Sequence record: NC_025447.1
From: Escherichia phage 121Q
Strand: one strand, 5' to 3'
DNA length: 64,000 nt
Shown here: positions 37,084 through 47,500 of the stretch, piece after piece
Numbering within the stretch: the first letter of the stretch is position 1
Layout of the letters: each line of letters begins with the position of its first letter
Made by a program: the position numbers and the translations under genes
The notes under the pieces: generated by a model
The model's database searches: none
Told to the model about the DNA's origin: nothing
Seen by the model: the letters and a program-made list of their open reading frames with translations, nothing else

Positions 37084-37692
37084 ATGAAATTAGAAACAGA
37101 ACAACCAAAACTATTTGTTAAAGGTCATGTCCTAATTACTGACGTTACTGATCCATCAAATCAAAAAATCGTTTTAGATAAATCTAACGCTATTCACCCT
37201 GAAAATATGAGTACTGCCATTGCTAATGCGTTAGCATATAATCAAGACAGTACTGGTATTCCTATTGGTTCTATTAGCGAGATGCGTTTTGGTAATGGTG
37301 GTACAGTAGTTTTAAGTACTGGGCGTGTTACTTATAAAAAACCACGTGTTACATCATTTGGTGGTTTGTATTCACAAACATATTTGAAAAAAATCAACCC
37401 AAGAATTACGGCTGGTATCGATTCACAATATAATAATATTACGACTGTTCATATACCAGGTCAGTCCTATACTGATATTGTATGTATTTGTACTTTAGGC
37501 TTAGGTGAACCATCAGATCAAGGTGTGAGTTCAGGGACAAGCATGGACGGAACATATGTGTTTGATGAATTGGGATTATACACCGATGGTGATAGTGGTA
37601 TTCCTTTAACACATATTATTTTCCACCCAGTTGAAAAAAGTGCAAACCGTGTTTTGCAAATTAAATACACTGTGCGTGTACAACTACAATAA
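37084..37692 (+). CDS. hypothetical protein
   Basis: ORF with AAGGA RBS. Confidence 0.45.
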   Translation: MKLETEQPKLFVKGHVLITDVTDPSNQKIVLDKSNAIHPENMSTAIANALAYNQDSTGIPIGSISEMRFGNGGTVVLSTGRVTYKKPRVTSFGGLYSQTYLKKINPRITAGIDSQYNNITTVHIPGQSYTDIVCICTLGLGEPSDQGVSSGTSMDGTYVFDELGLYTDGDSGIPLTHIIFHPVEKSANRVLQIKYTVRVQLQ

Positions 37693-37704
37693 TGGGGTCA
37701 TATA

Positions 37705-38805
37705 ATGAGTGTTAACTATACAATTTATCGAAGTAATGGTAGTGTTTATGCTACCATTCCAAATAACGTTATTTTAGGTCCAAATCAGCCAGGTAGTAAC
37801 CCAGTTCCATTAAATTTAGTTGGTAGAAACAAAGTAAGTTATGGTCAAGCATGGAATGAAAACTTTTTACATTTAGTTGAAAACTTCAGTTCAGCTTCAG
37901 CACCACGTGGTAACGTAAATGGTCAACTTTGGTATCGAAATACTGGAAGTACTGGTGAGTTATTAATATCATTAGTGGATAATGCTAGACAACCAGCAGA
38001 TATGGTAAGTGAAGCGGAATGGGCTTCTATTCCAATGATAACCGTATTCAACACTGTACCAGATGGTGAAAACAGTGTTATGGGTCGTATGGTATTAACC
38101 AGCAATGGTGATTCACTTCGTGTTTTGATGAAAAACAAAGAATGGCGTGAAATTCAAACATCTCGACCAGAAAACAAAGAATATACATCATTATTAGATA
38201 TTAACTATGATAATGGAAAAAAATACATAGAGTTTACACAAAGTAACAGTACTAAACCAATTGCGTATTTTAACTTAGGCGGTACTTCACAAGTAGATAC
38301 AAATAACTGGACAACATTAACTAATGGTACTGGTGTATTTGAATTTGGTAGCAACTATTTCTATGAATTAAAAATTATGATTAGAGAAGTAAATGATTCT
38401 TCTGGTGAGATAGTTTCTCTTCCATATAATTCAAAAACCTTTTTTATAAAAGGGCAATTCTATGTAGATAATCAAGGAACTTTTGTTCCTGGTTCGGTTG
38501 GGGCAAGTCAAATGCCAGACCCACGTAGGATTACACAATTAGAATCCATAAAAGATGTTATTACCAGTAGTCGCCCAAACTGGGACGTAAATATTGTTAT
38601 TAATGGTGTAGATCCATCTATCCCAAATCCTAATGGAACATCTAAAGCTGATTATGAAAATTGGGTTATCAATTCTCTAAACTCAAATAAAAATTTAGGT
38701 TTTCGAGTTGATGGTAGCATTAGTAATCTAACTGCTGGTGAATCCGTTAAACTACAAGCATCCGTGTTGTTAAATATTACAGGTATTCCGATTATTGGAG
38801 TATAA
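37705..38805 (+). CDS. hypothetical protein (possibly fibre/baseplate associated)
   Basis: 366 aa ORF ending at a bidirectional terminator. Confidence 0.45.
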   Translation: MSVNYTIYRSNGSVYATIPNNVILGPNQPGSNPVPLNLVGRNKVSYGQAWNENFLHLVENFSSASAPRGNVNGQLWYRNTGSTGELLISLVDNARQPADMVSEAEWASIPMITVFNTVPDGENSVMGRMVLTSNGDSLRVLMKNKEWREIQTSRPENKEYTSLLDINYDNGKKYIEFTQSNSTKPIAYFNLGGTSQVDTNNWTTLTNGTGVFEFGSNYFYELKIMIREVNDSSGEIVSLPYNSKTFFIKGQFYVDNQGTFVPGSVGASQMPDPRRITQLESIKDVITSSRPNWDVNIVINGVDPSIPNPNGTSKADYENWVINSLNSNKNLGFRVDGSISNLTAGESVKLQASVLLNITGIPIIGV

Positions 38806-38836
38806 AAAAAGGAGCCATGTGGCTCCTTTTTGTTTT
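38804..38836. terminator. bidirectional terminator between convergent genes
   Basis: AAAAAGGAGCCA-tg-TGGCTCCTTTTT. Confidence 0.7.
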
Positions 38837-39299
38837 AATATCTATATGGTAAACTGTTGACAAACTGTGTACCTTCACGTATACTTTCCCATAGTGAGTA
38901 AAAATCTTTCATTAAGTTTGTGTTAAGTAAAGTATTTTTAGCACCAGGGTGTAATGGTTTAGGCCAAGAACCAATTCTAACCCAAGCATAACCAGAGCTT
39001 TCATGATTTAAAGTTGGTACAAATTCATTCTCAACTACAATAACAAATGAATAATATTTAAATTTACCATTTTTTGTACAAAATACATCAAACGGTATAA
39101 TATCAATAATGTTAGGTATTGAGTTGCCCAACTCTTCTTTAATTTCTCGCATCAGACCTTGTAGTGGTGTTTCGTTATGTTCAAGCTTTCCACCAACAAA
39201 TGCCCAGTTGTTAGAATAGGTACTTCTTTCAGAACGCAAGTTTAACATCATATGTCCAGTACTTTTTGATAAAAATATAGCACCAACCGCTTCATTCAT
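38835..39299 (-). CDS. Nudix hydrolase
   Basis: Nudix box GGKLEHNETPLQGLMREIKEELG; strong AGGAGG RBS. Confidence 0.75.
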   Translation of the reverse strand: MNEAVGAIFLSKSTGHMMLNLRSERSTYSNNWAFVGGKLEHNETPLQGLMREIKEELGNSIPNIIDIIPFDVFCTKNGKFKYYSFVIVVENEFVPTLNHESSGYAWVRIGSWPKPLHPGAKNTLLNTNLMKDFYSLWESIREGTQFVNSLPYRY

Positions 39300-39312
39300 A
39301 ACAACACCTCCT

Positions 39313-40656
39313 TTATTTGTCAGTGAAAGTTATTTTCCAATATCCCTGACGATACACAGGCATGATACTTTTATGCCATTTAAATTTGTCATTATATCTA
39401 TAATAACCATTGTCTTCTTTATTATAAATGTAATTTCGTACAGTAGATGGATCAATTAATTGTGCACCATCATTTGTAATTTTAAACAAATAATTTGATG
39501 GGATTTCGGTTTCTTTATAAATGATGTTATGTATACTGTTATTTACATAATATTGTTCAGGTAATGCACTTGAAAGTACTGAATCTTTCTGCACAAACCC
39601 ATGTATAGTGTAATCAACAGTATAATTGGTATTATCAAGCTGTACTATAATTTTGTTGGCATCTTCATTTTCACCATACGACGCTATATGACCTTTTAGT
39701 GGGTTGTCTTCTTCAATAGATTGTTGAAATTTAATCCCTACTTTTTTGTCATCAAAATTTGGTTCTAGATATTTAAGATATTTTTCCCATGAATATATTC
39801 CACCGTTGGGAGAAACCGCAGATAGCGATTGGCTAACCAAGGTAAGTTGGTATGTATCAGGTAAATTATACTTGGAATTAGTAATTTCTTCAACTTTAAT
39901 GCATAAATTCTTGGGTGTAAAAACATCTGTTATTATATCTGAATAATTTCCCATTTCAAAATCAAATTCGTCACGAGCACCTTTAATATTTGTAGTAATC
40001 TGTTGGATTAATTTTGGTTTTTCAACAATAGCTGGTAAAGAAAACCATATTGTCGTTTCAAATGTTAAAACCATTATATCCAAATCTGGGTCAGTTCCTT
40101 GTGGAAAACCACGAGTAGAAAACTGACAATCTATTAGTTCAACATCACTAAGCGATGTCCAATCTAACGGGTTATCAGATAATTGAAGTTGTATACTAGG
40201 TGCAAACAAAGTTGAGATTTGTTCGAATAATTCCATTTTAGTTTGAGTTTGAGTTACCCAAATATTCAAATCAAACGTAAAAGTCCAAGGTACTGGGTTA
40301 TGTCTTACAATTTTGTATTGTGTGTCAAGATCTTTTGTGTACTCATTAATAGCAGGGGACTTGTTAGACCCCATTACTATAGTTTCGTTGGCATTAGAAC
40401 GAATATTTTTACGATCCAACTTTAGTTGATTAACACTTATGGTCATTATAGGTGCTGATGGGAGAACATTTTCACTATTCCCATTTATAATTGCTGCTGC
40501 CATTCTTGAAATATCGGCATAGCGACATGGAACCTTTTTGTATTTTGGGTTTCCATTAGCATCAATACCATTTTGTACTTGAAATTCACCAAAAACTCTG
40601 ATAAGATGTTTCAGTACTCTGCGAAATTGACCGTCATAATAATAATCTATTTTCAT
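39313..40656 (-). CDS. hypothetical structural (baseplate?) protein
   Basis: 447 aa; start overlaps upstream stop by 4 nt. Confidence 0.45.
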   Translation of the reverse strand: MKIDYYYDGQFRRVLKHLIRVFGEFQVQNGIDANGNPKYKKVPCRYADISRMAAAIINGNSENVLPSAPIMTISVNQLKLDRKNIRSNANETIVMGSNKSPAINEYTKDLDTQYKIVRHNPVPWTFTFDLNIWVTQTQTKMELFEQISTLFAPSIQLQLSDNPLDWTSLSDVELIDCQFSTRGFPQGTDPDLDIMVLTFETTIWFSLPAIVEKPKLIQQITTNIKGARDEFDFEMGNYSDIITDVFTPKNLCIKVEEITNSKYNLPDTYQLTLVSQSLSAVSPNGGIYSWEKYLKYLEPNFDDKKVGIKFQQSIEEDNPLKGHIASYGENEDANKIIVQLDNTNYTVDYTIHGFVQKDSVLSSALPEQYYVNNSIHNIIYKETEIPSNYLFKITNDGAQLIDPSTVRNYIYNKEDNGYYRYNDKFKWHKSIMPVYRQGYWKITFTDK

Positions 40657-42158
40657 TCTGTGTCCTTATGTATGCGATAAACAGTATTAGGTTTAACTGC
40701 GTCATGTAATGGAACTTTGTTATCACTATTTACAAACTGTGTAAGTGCTAAGTCTGCACCTTCCCACGGTTTTCTTCCACCATAATCAAAAATAACCCAT
40801 GAATTCTTAGTTGCATTGAATTCCCATAACGTAACTGGAGTATAATCGGTGCGATAGAAATAGTCACCATCTACTGCATCAGTTGGGAACATATTTCCTT
40901 CAGGGACTGTACCTCGTGCTGGTGGAATTTTAGGACGATAATCTTGTTGCGAATCAATATTACCATATACACAATTGGACGTGAATGGTTCATTGACATA
41001 AGTTACCTTTGGTTCCCCCCACTTGTCATCATTATACTGATAAATGTGTGGTTCTTTATAAAAAATACAAAAATCTTCCACATCTTCTGGTGGAACATCA
41101 CTGGTAGTATATTCTACATCACAATTTAACCATTTTTTAGCACTTTTATCATATTGATACAACGTATAACCTGTCACATCTGCGTCATTTTCTTTAAAGA
41201 AGAAGTCACCATCCATTGGTTTTCTGGGAAAGATGGTTCCACGCTTGACTTCCACAGAAATCCATGTATCATTAACAAACTCTTTGAGTACTGGGTATGT
41301 TTTTTTCAAAAAATACATTCCATCGGCAGGTTCTTCTGGAAAATCATAACCGTTAAGCATATATTTTGATAAATCTACTGTATCAGGTCGATCATCATAC
41401 AAATGTTCATTTGTATAATGAATATAGGGTACTTCATCATCAGCTTGCATGATGATACGGTTCATGATATCCATTTCATTGCCATAGTTACTGTTTTCCG
41501 ACGAACCATCATCGGTATTTCCATTACCATTATTAGGGTCATCTGGATTATCAGGATAATTATTGTTACCGAGTAAATCGGAGTACTCAGGTGAGTCGGT
41601 TAGCGGTTTAACTCTAAGTTTATAAATGTGATGTTGCCACGTAACCGAGTATCCCTCAGATGTACGAAATGCATCTTGGACGACATAGAAGCGGTTTAGA
41701 CCTGTATCTTTACCCAATACATCAAAATCACGTAAATTTGGTAGTTCTATCACATCCCCTGGCATGATTTTTCTACCTAAACGCTGCATCATTGTATTAT
41801 AATGGATTGTGATGTCCATAGTGTTGAAATTAAAGAACAATCCTGGGATTTTCAAGTCTGGAGTTGCTTCTTGAACTTGATAGACACAACTAAGTGTGAT
41901 AGCTTCAAGGTTGTAGTTTCTGTTTGGTGTGTCACCAAAAATTAAATCGCCAATACTTGACACAACTGATCCTGAAGATGTATAATCACCTCCATAGGAT
42001 AAGTCAGTGTTGTCAGCAACTTGTTTTGGACCGACATATGCATAAAGCCACATGTCAACTCCACCAATGTTGTATTGTTCAGCAATGGCAGAATCAATGA
42101 ACTTGTAATCATTGGTTCTACCTTTTTTCCACATTCTATATGTCATGATTGTCTCCAA
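40653..42158 (-). CDS. hypothetical structural protein with three DG(D/M)(Y/F)F-type repeats
   Basis: P.DGMYFLKK, P.DGDFFFKE, A.DGDYFYRT motifs spaced through the protein. Confidence 0.45.
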   Translation of the reverse strand: METIMTYRMWKKGRTNDYKFIDSAIAEQYNIGGVDMWLYAYVGPKQVADNTDLSYGGDYTSSGSVVSSIGDLIFGDTPNRNYNLEAITLSCVYQVQEATPDLKIPGLFFNFNTMDITIHYNTMMQRLGRKIMPGDVIELPNLRDFDVLGKDTGLNRFYVVQDAFRTSEGYSVTWQHHIYKLRVKPLTDSPEYSDLLGNNNYPDNPDDPNNGNGNTDDGSSENSNYGNEMDIMNRIIMQADDEVPYIHYTNEHLYDDRPDTVDLSKYMLNGYDFPEEPADGMYFLKKTYPVLKEFVNDTWISVEVKRGTIFPRKPMDGDFFFKENDADVTGYTLYQYDKSAKKWLNCDVEYTTSDVPPEDVEDFCIFYKEPHIYQYNDDKWGEPKVTYVNEPFTSNCVYGNIDSQQDYRPKIPPARGTVPEGNMFPTDAVDGDYFYRTDYTPVTLWEFNATKNSWVIFDYGGRKPWEGADLALTQFVNSDNKVPLHDAVKPNTVYRIHKDTE

Positions 42159-42189
42159 AATAAATCGGGTATATCTTTATTTACCTTGT

Positions 42190-42217
42190 AGACAAACCGT
42201 AAGAATGTGATATAATG
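42190..42217 (+). promoter_or_regulatory. putative sigma70-type promoter for ClpA-like gene (TAGACA-N16-TGaTATAAT)
   Basis: In divergent intergenic region; -10 identical to the TGTGATATAAT class. Confidence 0.45.
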
Positions 42218-42256
42218 TTTATTAATTAGAGTGACGTGAATCACATAGGAGAATAC

Positions 42257-44545
42257 ATGAATCTTACTCAATTGTTCAAAAAAAGCGACGAACTGGCAAC
42301 ATCTCTAGGTCATACATTCTTGACTATTGACCACGTAAGTGCCACAGTACTGACTATTGATAGCATCAAGAACGTATTTGAAGATATGAACATTGATGCA
42401 GACAAACTGCACAACCGCCTGATGAACTATCTTAAAAATACAACAGTTCCACATGCACCAAAAAGTGTTAAAGATGAAGACGCGAATCGAACTTCACTTC
42501 TAGTGAATCGCGTTGTACATGAGCTTTCTAAAAAATCAGTCATTGAACAACTAAAAAGTGATGATTTTTCGATTGATGCATATTTTGTTCTATTCGAATG
42601 TCTGTCTTTCCCTAACACAGCACTAGAAGCTGCGTTAAAAGAAGAAGGTGTTAGCTGTACTGAAGCTGCACGTGCATTACAGAAACACGTTGAGTCACTT
42701 GATAAGGGTATCAACTTACAAAGTATTAATGACGAACCGATTGGAGATAAAAAAGTGGCCCAACAGCAGCAATCATCTAAACAAAAAGGTTTGGAAGACT
42801 ATACAACGAATCTAACTGCTCTTGCAAAAGAAGGCAAACTAGATCCTATGATTGGTCGCCAGAAAGAATTGTCTGCATTGATTGAGACTCTTGCTCGCAA
42901 AACCAAAAAGAATGCTATTCTCACTGGTGAAGCTGGTGTAGGTAAAACACAAATCATCGACGGGCTTGCACAAGCTATTGCTGATGGTAACGTACCTGAA
43001 CACCTGAAAGACGTTGAAATTCTTTCACTAAATGTTGGTGCATTGACTGCTGGTACTAAGTATCGTGGTGAATTTGAAGAACGCATCGACAATTTGCTAA
43101 AAGAACTAAAGAAACGTGAAAATACTATTGTTTTCATTGATGAAATTCATATTATGGTTGGGGCTGGTTCCGCAAGTAATGGTTCTATGGACATGAGCAA
43201 TATGCTTAAGCCAGCACTTTCACGTGGTGAGATTCGTGTAATTGGTGCAACAACATATGATGAATATCGTAAAAATATCGAGAAAGATAGTGCATTAACT
43301 CGTCGTTTTATGAAAATTGACGTAGTTGAGCCGACAATTGATGAAACTCGTGCAATTGTTAATGGTTTGAAACCAACGTATGAAAAATTCCATAATGTTG
43401 AGTTCACATCTGATGCAATGGATGCTGTAATTTCTCTCAGTGATAAATTCCTGAAGAATAAGCACTTCCCAGATAAAGCAATTGATCTAATGGATGCTGC
43501 TGCGGCTAAAGTTCGTTCACGTGACAACAATAGTAAGCTAATTACTGCCAATTTGATTCAAGAAGTTGTTGCTGGTATTGCCAATTTGGATATCAACGTG
43601 GTTGCATGTACTGAAAGTGATCGTATGCGTAATCTACCAGATGCACTACGCTCACGTGTATACGGTCAAGAGGAAGCTATTCAAAAATTAGTTGATAACG
43701 TGATGGTAGCTCGTGCAGGACTGCGTGACAAATCTAGTGTTCAGGGTGCATTTATGTTTGTTGGACCATCTGGTACTGGTAAAACAGAAATTACCAAAGC
43801 ATTAGCAGACGCAACTGGTGCGGAACTCATTCGCTTTGATATGTCAGAATTTTCTCAAGAACATACTGTTTCTAAACTAATTGGTTCACCTCCAGGTTAT
43901 GTTGGTCATGATTCTGGTAACGGTTTACTGTTGGATAAAATTGAGCAGTTCCCTAATGCAGTACTGTTACTTGATGAAATTGAAAAAGCAGATCGTAAAG
44001 TACTACTAACCTTCCTACAGGTTTTGGATGAAGGTCGTCTGACTGGTTCTCAAGGTAAAACTGTATATTTTAATAACGTAACTGTTATTATGACTACAAA
44101 CCTTGGTGCGGCTGATTCAACAAAGCGTAGCATTGGTATGAGCGGTAGTGACACTGCACAGGACAAGGCAATTAAAGCATTCTTGCCACCAGAGTTTATT
44201 AACCGTATTGATAGTATCGTTACGTTTAAAGACCTAAGCAGTGAAGCTATTGACAGCATCATTGATAAGTTCATGGGTGGTTTGAATGAACAAGTCAAAG
44301 ACCGTAATGTTAAAGTTACATTAACAAAAGCTGCACGTGAATGGCTTGCGAAAAATGGGGTAAAAGTTGGTATGGGTGCACGTCCAATGAAACGTACCAT
44401 TGAACAAAACATTCGTGTGCCACTAGCTAAAGAAATGTTGTGTGGTTCACTTGTGAATGGTGGTAACATTACATTTGATGTTATTGATGGTAAAATCGGT
44501 ATTAAGCCGAAACGTACCAAAGCTGTAGATAAAGCACTAGTATAA
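42257..44545 (+). CDS. ClpA-like AAA+ unfoldase (Clp N-domain plus D1 and D2 ATPase modules, no ClpB middle domain)
   Basis: ORF track 42236-44545, ATG 42257 preferred (AGGAG RBS); D1 Walker A GEAGVGKT and Walker B FIDEIH; D2 GPSGTGKT and LLLDEIEKA; D2 loop [10 protein letters not shown] at the position of the ClpA IGL ClpP-docking loop. Confidence 0.85.
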   Translation: MNLTQLFKKSDELATSLGHTFLTIDHVSATVLTIDSIKNVFEDMNIDADKLHNRLMNYLKNTTVPHAPKSVKDEDANRTSLLVNRVVHELSKKSVIEQLKSDDFSIDAYFVLFECLSFPNTALEAALKEEGVSCTEAARALQKHVESLDKGINLQSINDEPIGDKKVAQQQQSSKQKGLEDYTTNLTALAKEGKLDPMIGRQKELSALIETLARKTKKNAILTGEAGVGKTQIIDGLAQAIADGNVPEHLKDVEILSLNVGALTAGTKYRGEFEERIDNLLKELKKRENTIVFIDEIHIMVGAGSASNGSMDMSNMLKPALSRGEIRVIGATTYDEYRKNIEKDSALTRRFMKIDVVEPTIDETRAIVNGLKPTYEKFHNVEFTSDAMDAVISLSDKFLKNKHFPDKAIDLMDAAAAKVRSRDNNSKLITANLIQEVVAGIANLDINVVACTESDRMRNLPDALRSRVYGQEEAIQKLVDNVMVARAGLRDKSSVQGAFMFVGPSGTGKTEITKALADATGAELIRFDMSEFSQEHTVSKLIGSPPGYVGHDSGNGLLLDKIEQFPNAVLLLDEIEKADRKVLLTFLQVLDEGRLTGSQGKTVYFNNVTVIMTTNLGAADSTKRSIGMSGSDTAQDKAIKAFLPPEFINRIDSIVTFKDLSSEAIDSIIDKFMGGLNEQVKDRNVKVTLTKAAREWLAKNGVKVGMGARPMKRTIEQNIRVPLAKEMLCGSLVNGGNITFDVIDGKIGIKPKRTKAVDKALV

Positions 44546-44549
44546 AAAA

Positions 44550-44584
44550 AGAAAAGGAGAGCATAATGCTCTCCTTTTTTTATT
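44550..44584. terminator. bidirectional terminator between ClpA-like gene and giant ORF
   Basis: AAAAGGAGAGCAT-aa-TGCTCTCCTTTTTTTT. Confidence 0.7.
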
Positions 44585-47500
44585 ACTTAACTAATAATAT
44601 ATTTTTAATATCATTACCACTAACTTGTAGACTATCAGTGTATACTGAAAGATCTATAGTGTAACTATTTTGTGTGTAACGTTTTAACATATCATAATTA
44701 CCTAAATTAATTCCATTGAAAGAATATGTAGTATTAAGTTTAAAATCATGTTCTGCACTATACATTACACCACGGAGTAAATTATTTGCATTTCTAACTT
44801 CAACTTTTTCATATCCAATCGATATAATATCATTCATGTTTGCGGCTGAACCGGATAAAACATTATTTCTAATACTATAAGGACTTATTGATTTAGGTTG
44901 AGAAACATAGGTTGTATTTTCTTCACTAATGGTTGTGATGTTAGTAACAGTACCACCAACAACACCGATATACATACCGTCAACCATTGGGAATCCATAA
45001 ACCCATATCCCTTCATTATTTCTAAACGGTTGAATAACACTTGAATCATATTCGATAACGTTGATTTCTAAACTATCAGTCATTTTAGTTCTTGCCAATT
45101 CACTAAGAACTCCCGCACCCGTAATTGGTAAGTTATAACCGTTATCGATAGTAATTCCATCAACATCAAATATTTCATTAGAGATTATCCAAACGTCAAC
45201 GTCATCTGGTGTTATTCCGTCATTGTACTTACCACCATTTAAAGTAGTATCGTAGAAAACATCATAATTAATTACATCAATGGTGTAATTTCTATTTTGT
45301 TCATACAATTTAATACCATTCTTGACAAATTCAGGGTCAGCAAATGTTCTAACACGAACAATGTTCAATGCTAGAGGCTGTACTGGCTCATTTTGTTGTG
45401 CAAGAGTGATGTTATCATAACGGAGAACTGCACCAGTACTCTCATCAATCAATTCAATCGTTTCCTTACCTGTATTTCTTACAGTGAATAGGATCGGAGT
45501 TGTATTGTTTTTGATGTTAGATACACGCAAGATTGTTTCCCATGTGTGATTTTGATATCTCACAAAATCTTCACCATCAGGAGTGAAAATCATCACCTTA
45601 TCACCATCAGATAGGTCATTGTCAACTATTTCTGCTTCAGTTAAGCTATTAATAGATCTCACACGATAGAAATATTTTTCATCAAACTTCGATGTTGTTT
45701 TATTAATATCATTTTCAATCTTAGCATATGAAGGAATACTTACAATTGCTTCTGTATGTTTATATGGATTGATAATTGCCATACCTTCAGTTTGATATCT
45801 GCTGTTATCACGTAATTGTACAAGAGATACATTGTCAAACCCATATCCATCAACTGTAAATCTAATTTGACCTACATCACGCCCAGAAGGGTTTATGTCA
45901 GATATATCCACAATATAAGGATCAACTTCATCATCTTTAACTTCCCATTTTATTGAAGAAGTTTGAGATTCCAATGCTAGGTTATCAAATGCATTCATAT
46001 CATTGAAGTACTTAGCTTCAGTAATACTATCAAGTATATATTGATAATCAGAATACATTGGATTATTTTGATCTAGTGGTAAATCATCAAGATTTATTTC
46101 AGCTAGTTCAACCATTTCACCATTTGTGATAAAATAATCTTCCATGAAATCATCAATACTTTGTTCATCAGGTATACTTTGATATACACCGTTAACATTT
46201 AAGTAAACATATTTTCGTGGAATCATTGTAATTGCATAGATATCAATTGGGGTCTTACTAAGAATCTCTTCAGCTTTTTCGTACTTATCAGTAGCGTCTT
46301 TGTCGAATAACCCTCTCATACCTGCTAATACGTGAATAGCATCAGTATAGAAACGGGTATCACCACCTACTTCATCATAACGATAAACATATACACCATA
46401 CTCAACTTCAAGTTTAACTTTTACTTCATAGTCTGATGCGTCAGGATTTTTATCTTTAATTAATGAAATGTATTTTTGATACAATTCACTGCTTATTTCA
46501 AAATATCCATAGTTATAATCATTACTAGAAGAAAAGCCTAATGGAAGTCTAGTACTAGGATTGTCATTATAAGTAAGTCCACTAAATCCACATCCAACTT
46601 CATCGTGAATTTTCTCATCACTTATATCTTTATAAAGTTTCAAACGGTTTGCCAATGTGTTATACTGAACATATTGTCTAAGGTCAGTAAACATATCGTT
46701 ATGCGTTGATTCTTTATAAACACGTTCCAATGTAGCAGTGAATTCATCAGTTGCTTCTAAATCTTCCGCATGGTCTTTATACCACTGGTTAACGCCATAT
46801 GCTGTTCCTAGTGTTACATCCAATTCTGGATAGTAGATTTGCATTTGATAAGCAATAAGAAGATCGAAAGTTTCTTCACTATATTCTGGGAAAGAATATA
46901 TATAACGTTGTAATTCATAGTTACTAACAGCATCCTTTTCATTGGATTGATATTTGTTATTAACACTTACTAATTCATTTATGCTTGCCAAATCTTCATT
47001 TGGTTTACACTGAATATTATCATAATGCATAATAATATCAATTTCTTGGAATCTTCTATTTGGTGTAACGAAATCACTTGGTAGTGAACCTACCTGTTCC
47101 CATTTTTGGGTAATTTCATTAAATTGAGCGTACTCATAATCCCAAATATCTTTTTCAGTTTTGATCCAAGAACCGTCAACGAAAATATATCCATTAGGAT
47201 CTAAATCATTACATAGACCTTTTATTAAATCATCATCAGATGTCTTTTGCTCTATTTGTGAACGAATTTTAGTTCTATAAGGTTTAACTTCTTCAAAATA
47301 TTCAACAATTTGATTAATCAAATTATCGTTTGAATAGTTTTGAACTAATGATTGTTCCAAACCAACAATATAGATATATGATGTTTTAAATACCCAATCC
47401 ACAACACTTTGTTCAACATGTACATATTTGACCATATCAAAAACAATTTCGCTTTGATGTAAATCGAAAGAATTTTTGAGTAAAGCTAGTGCTTTACGAA

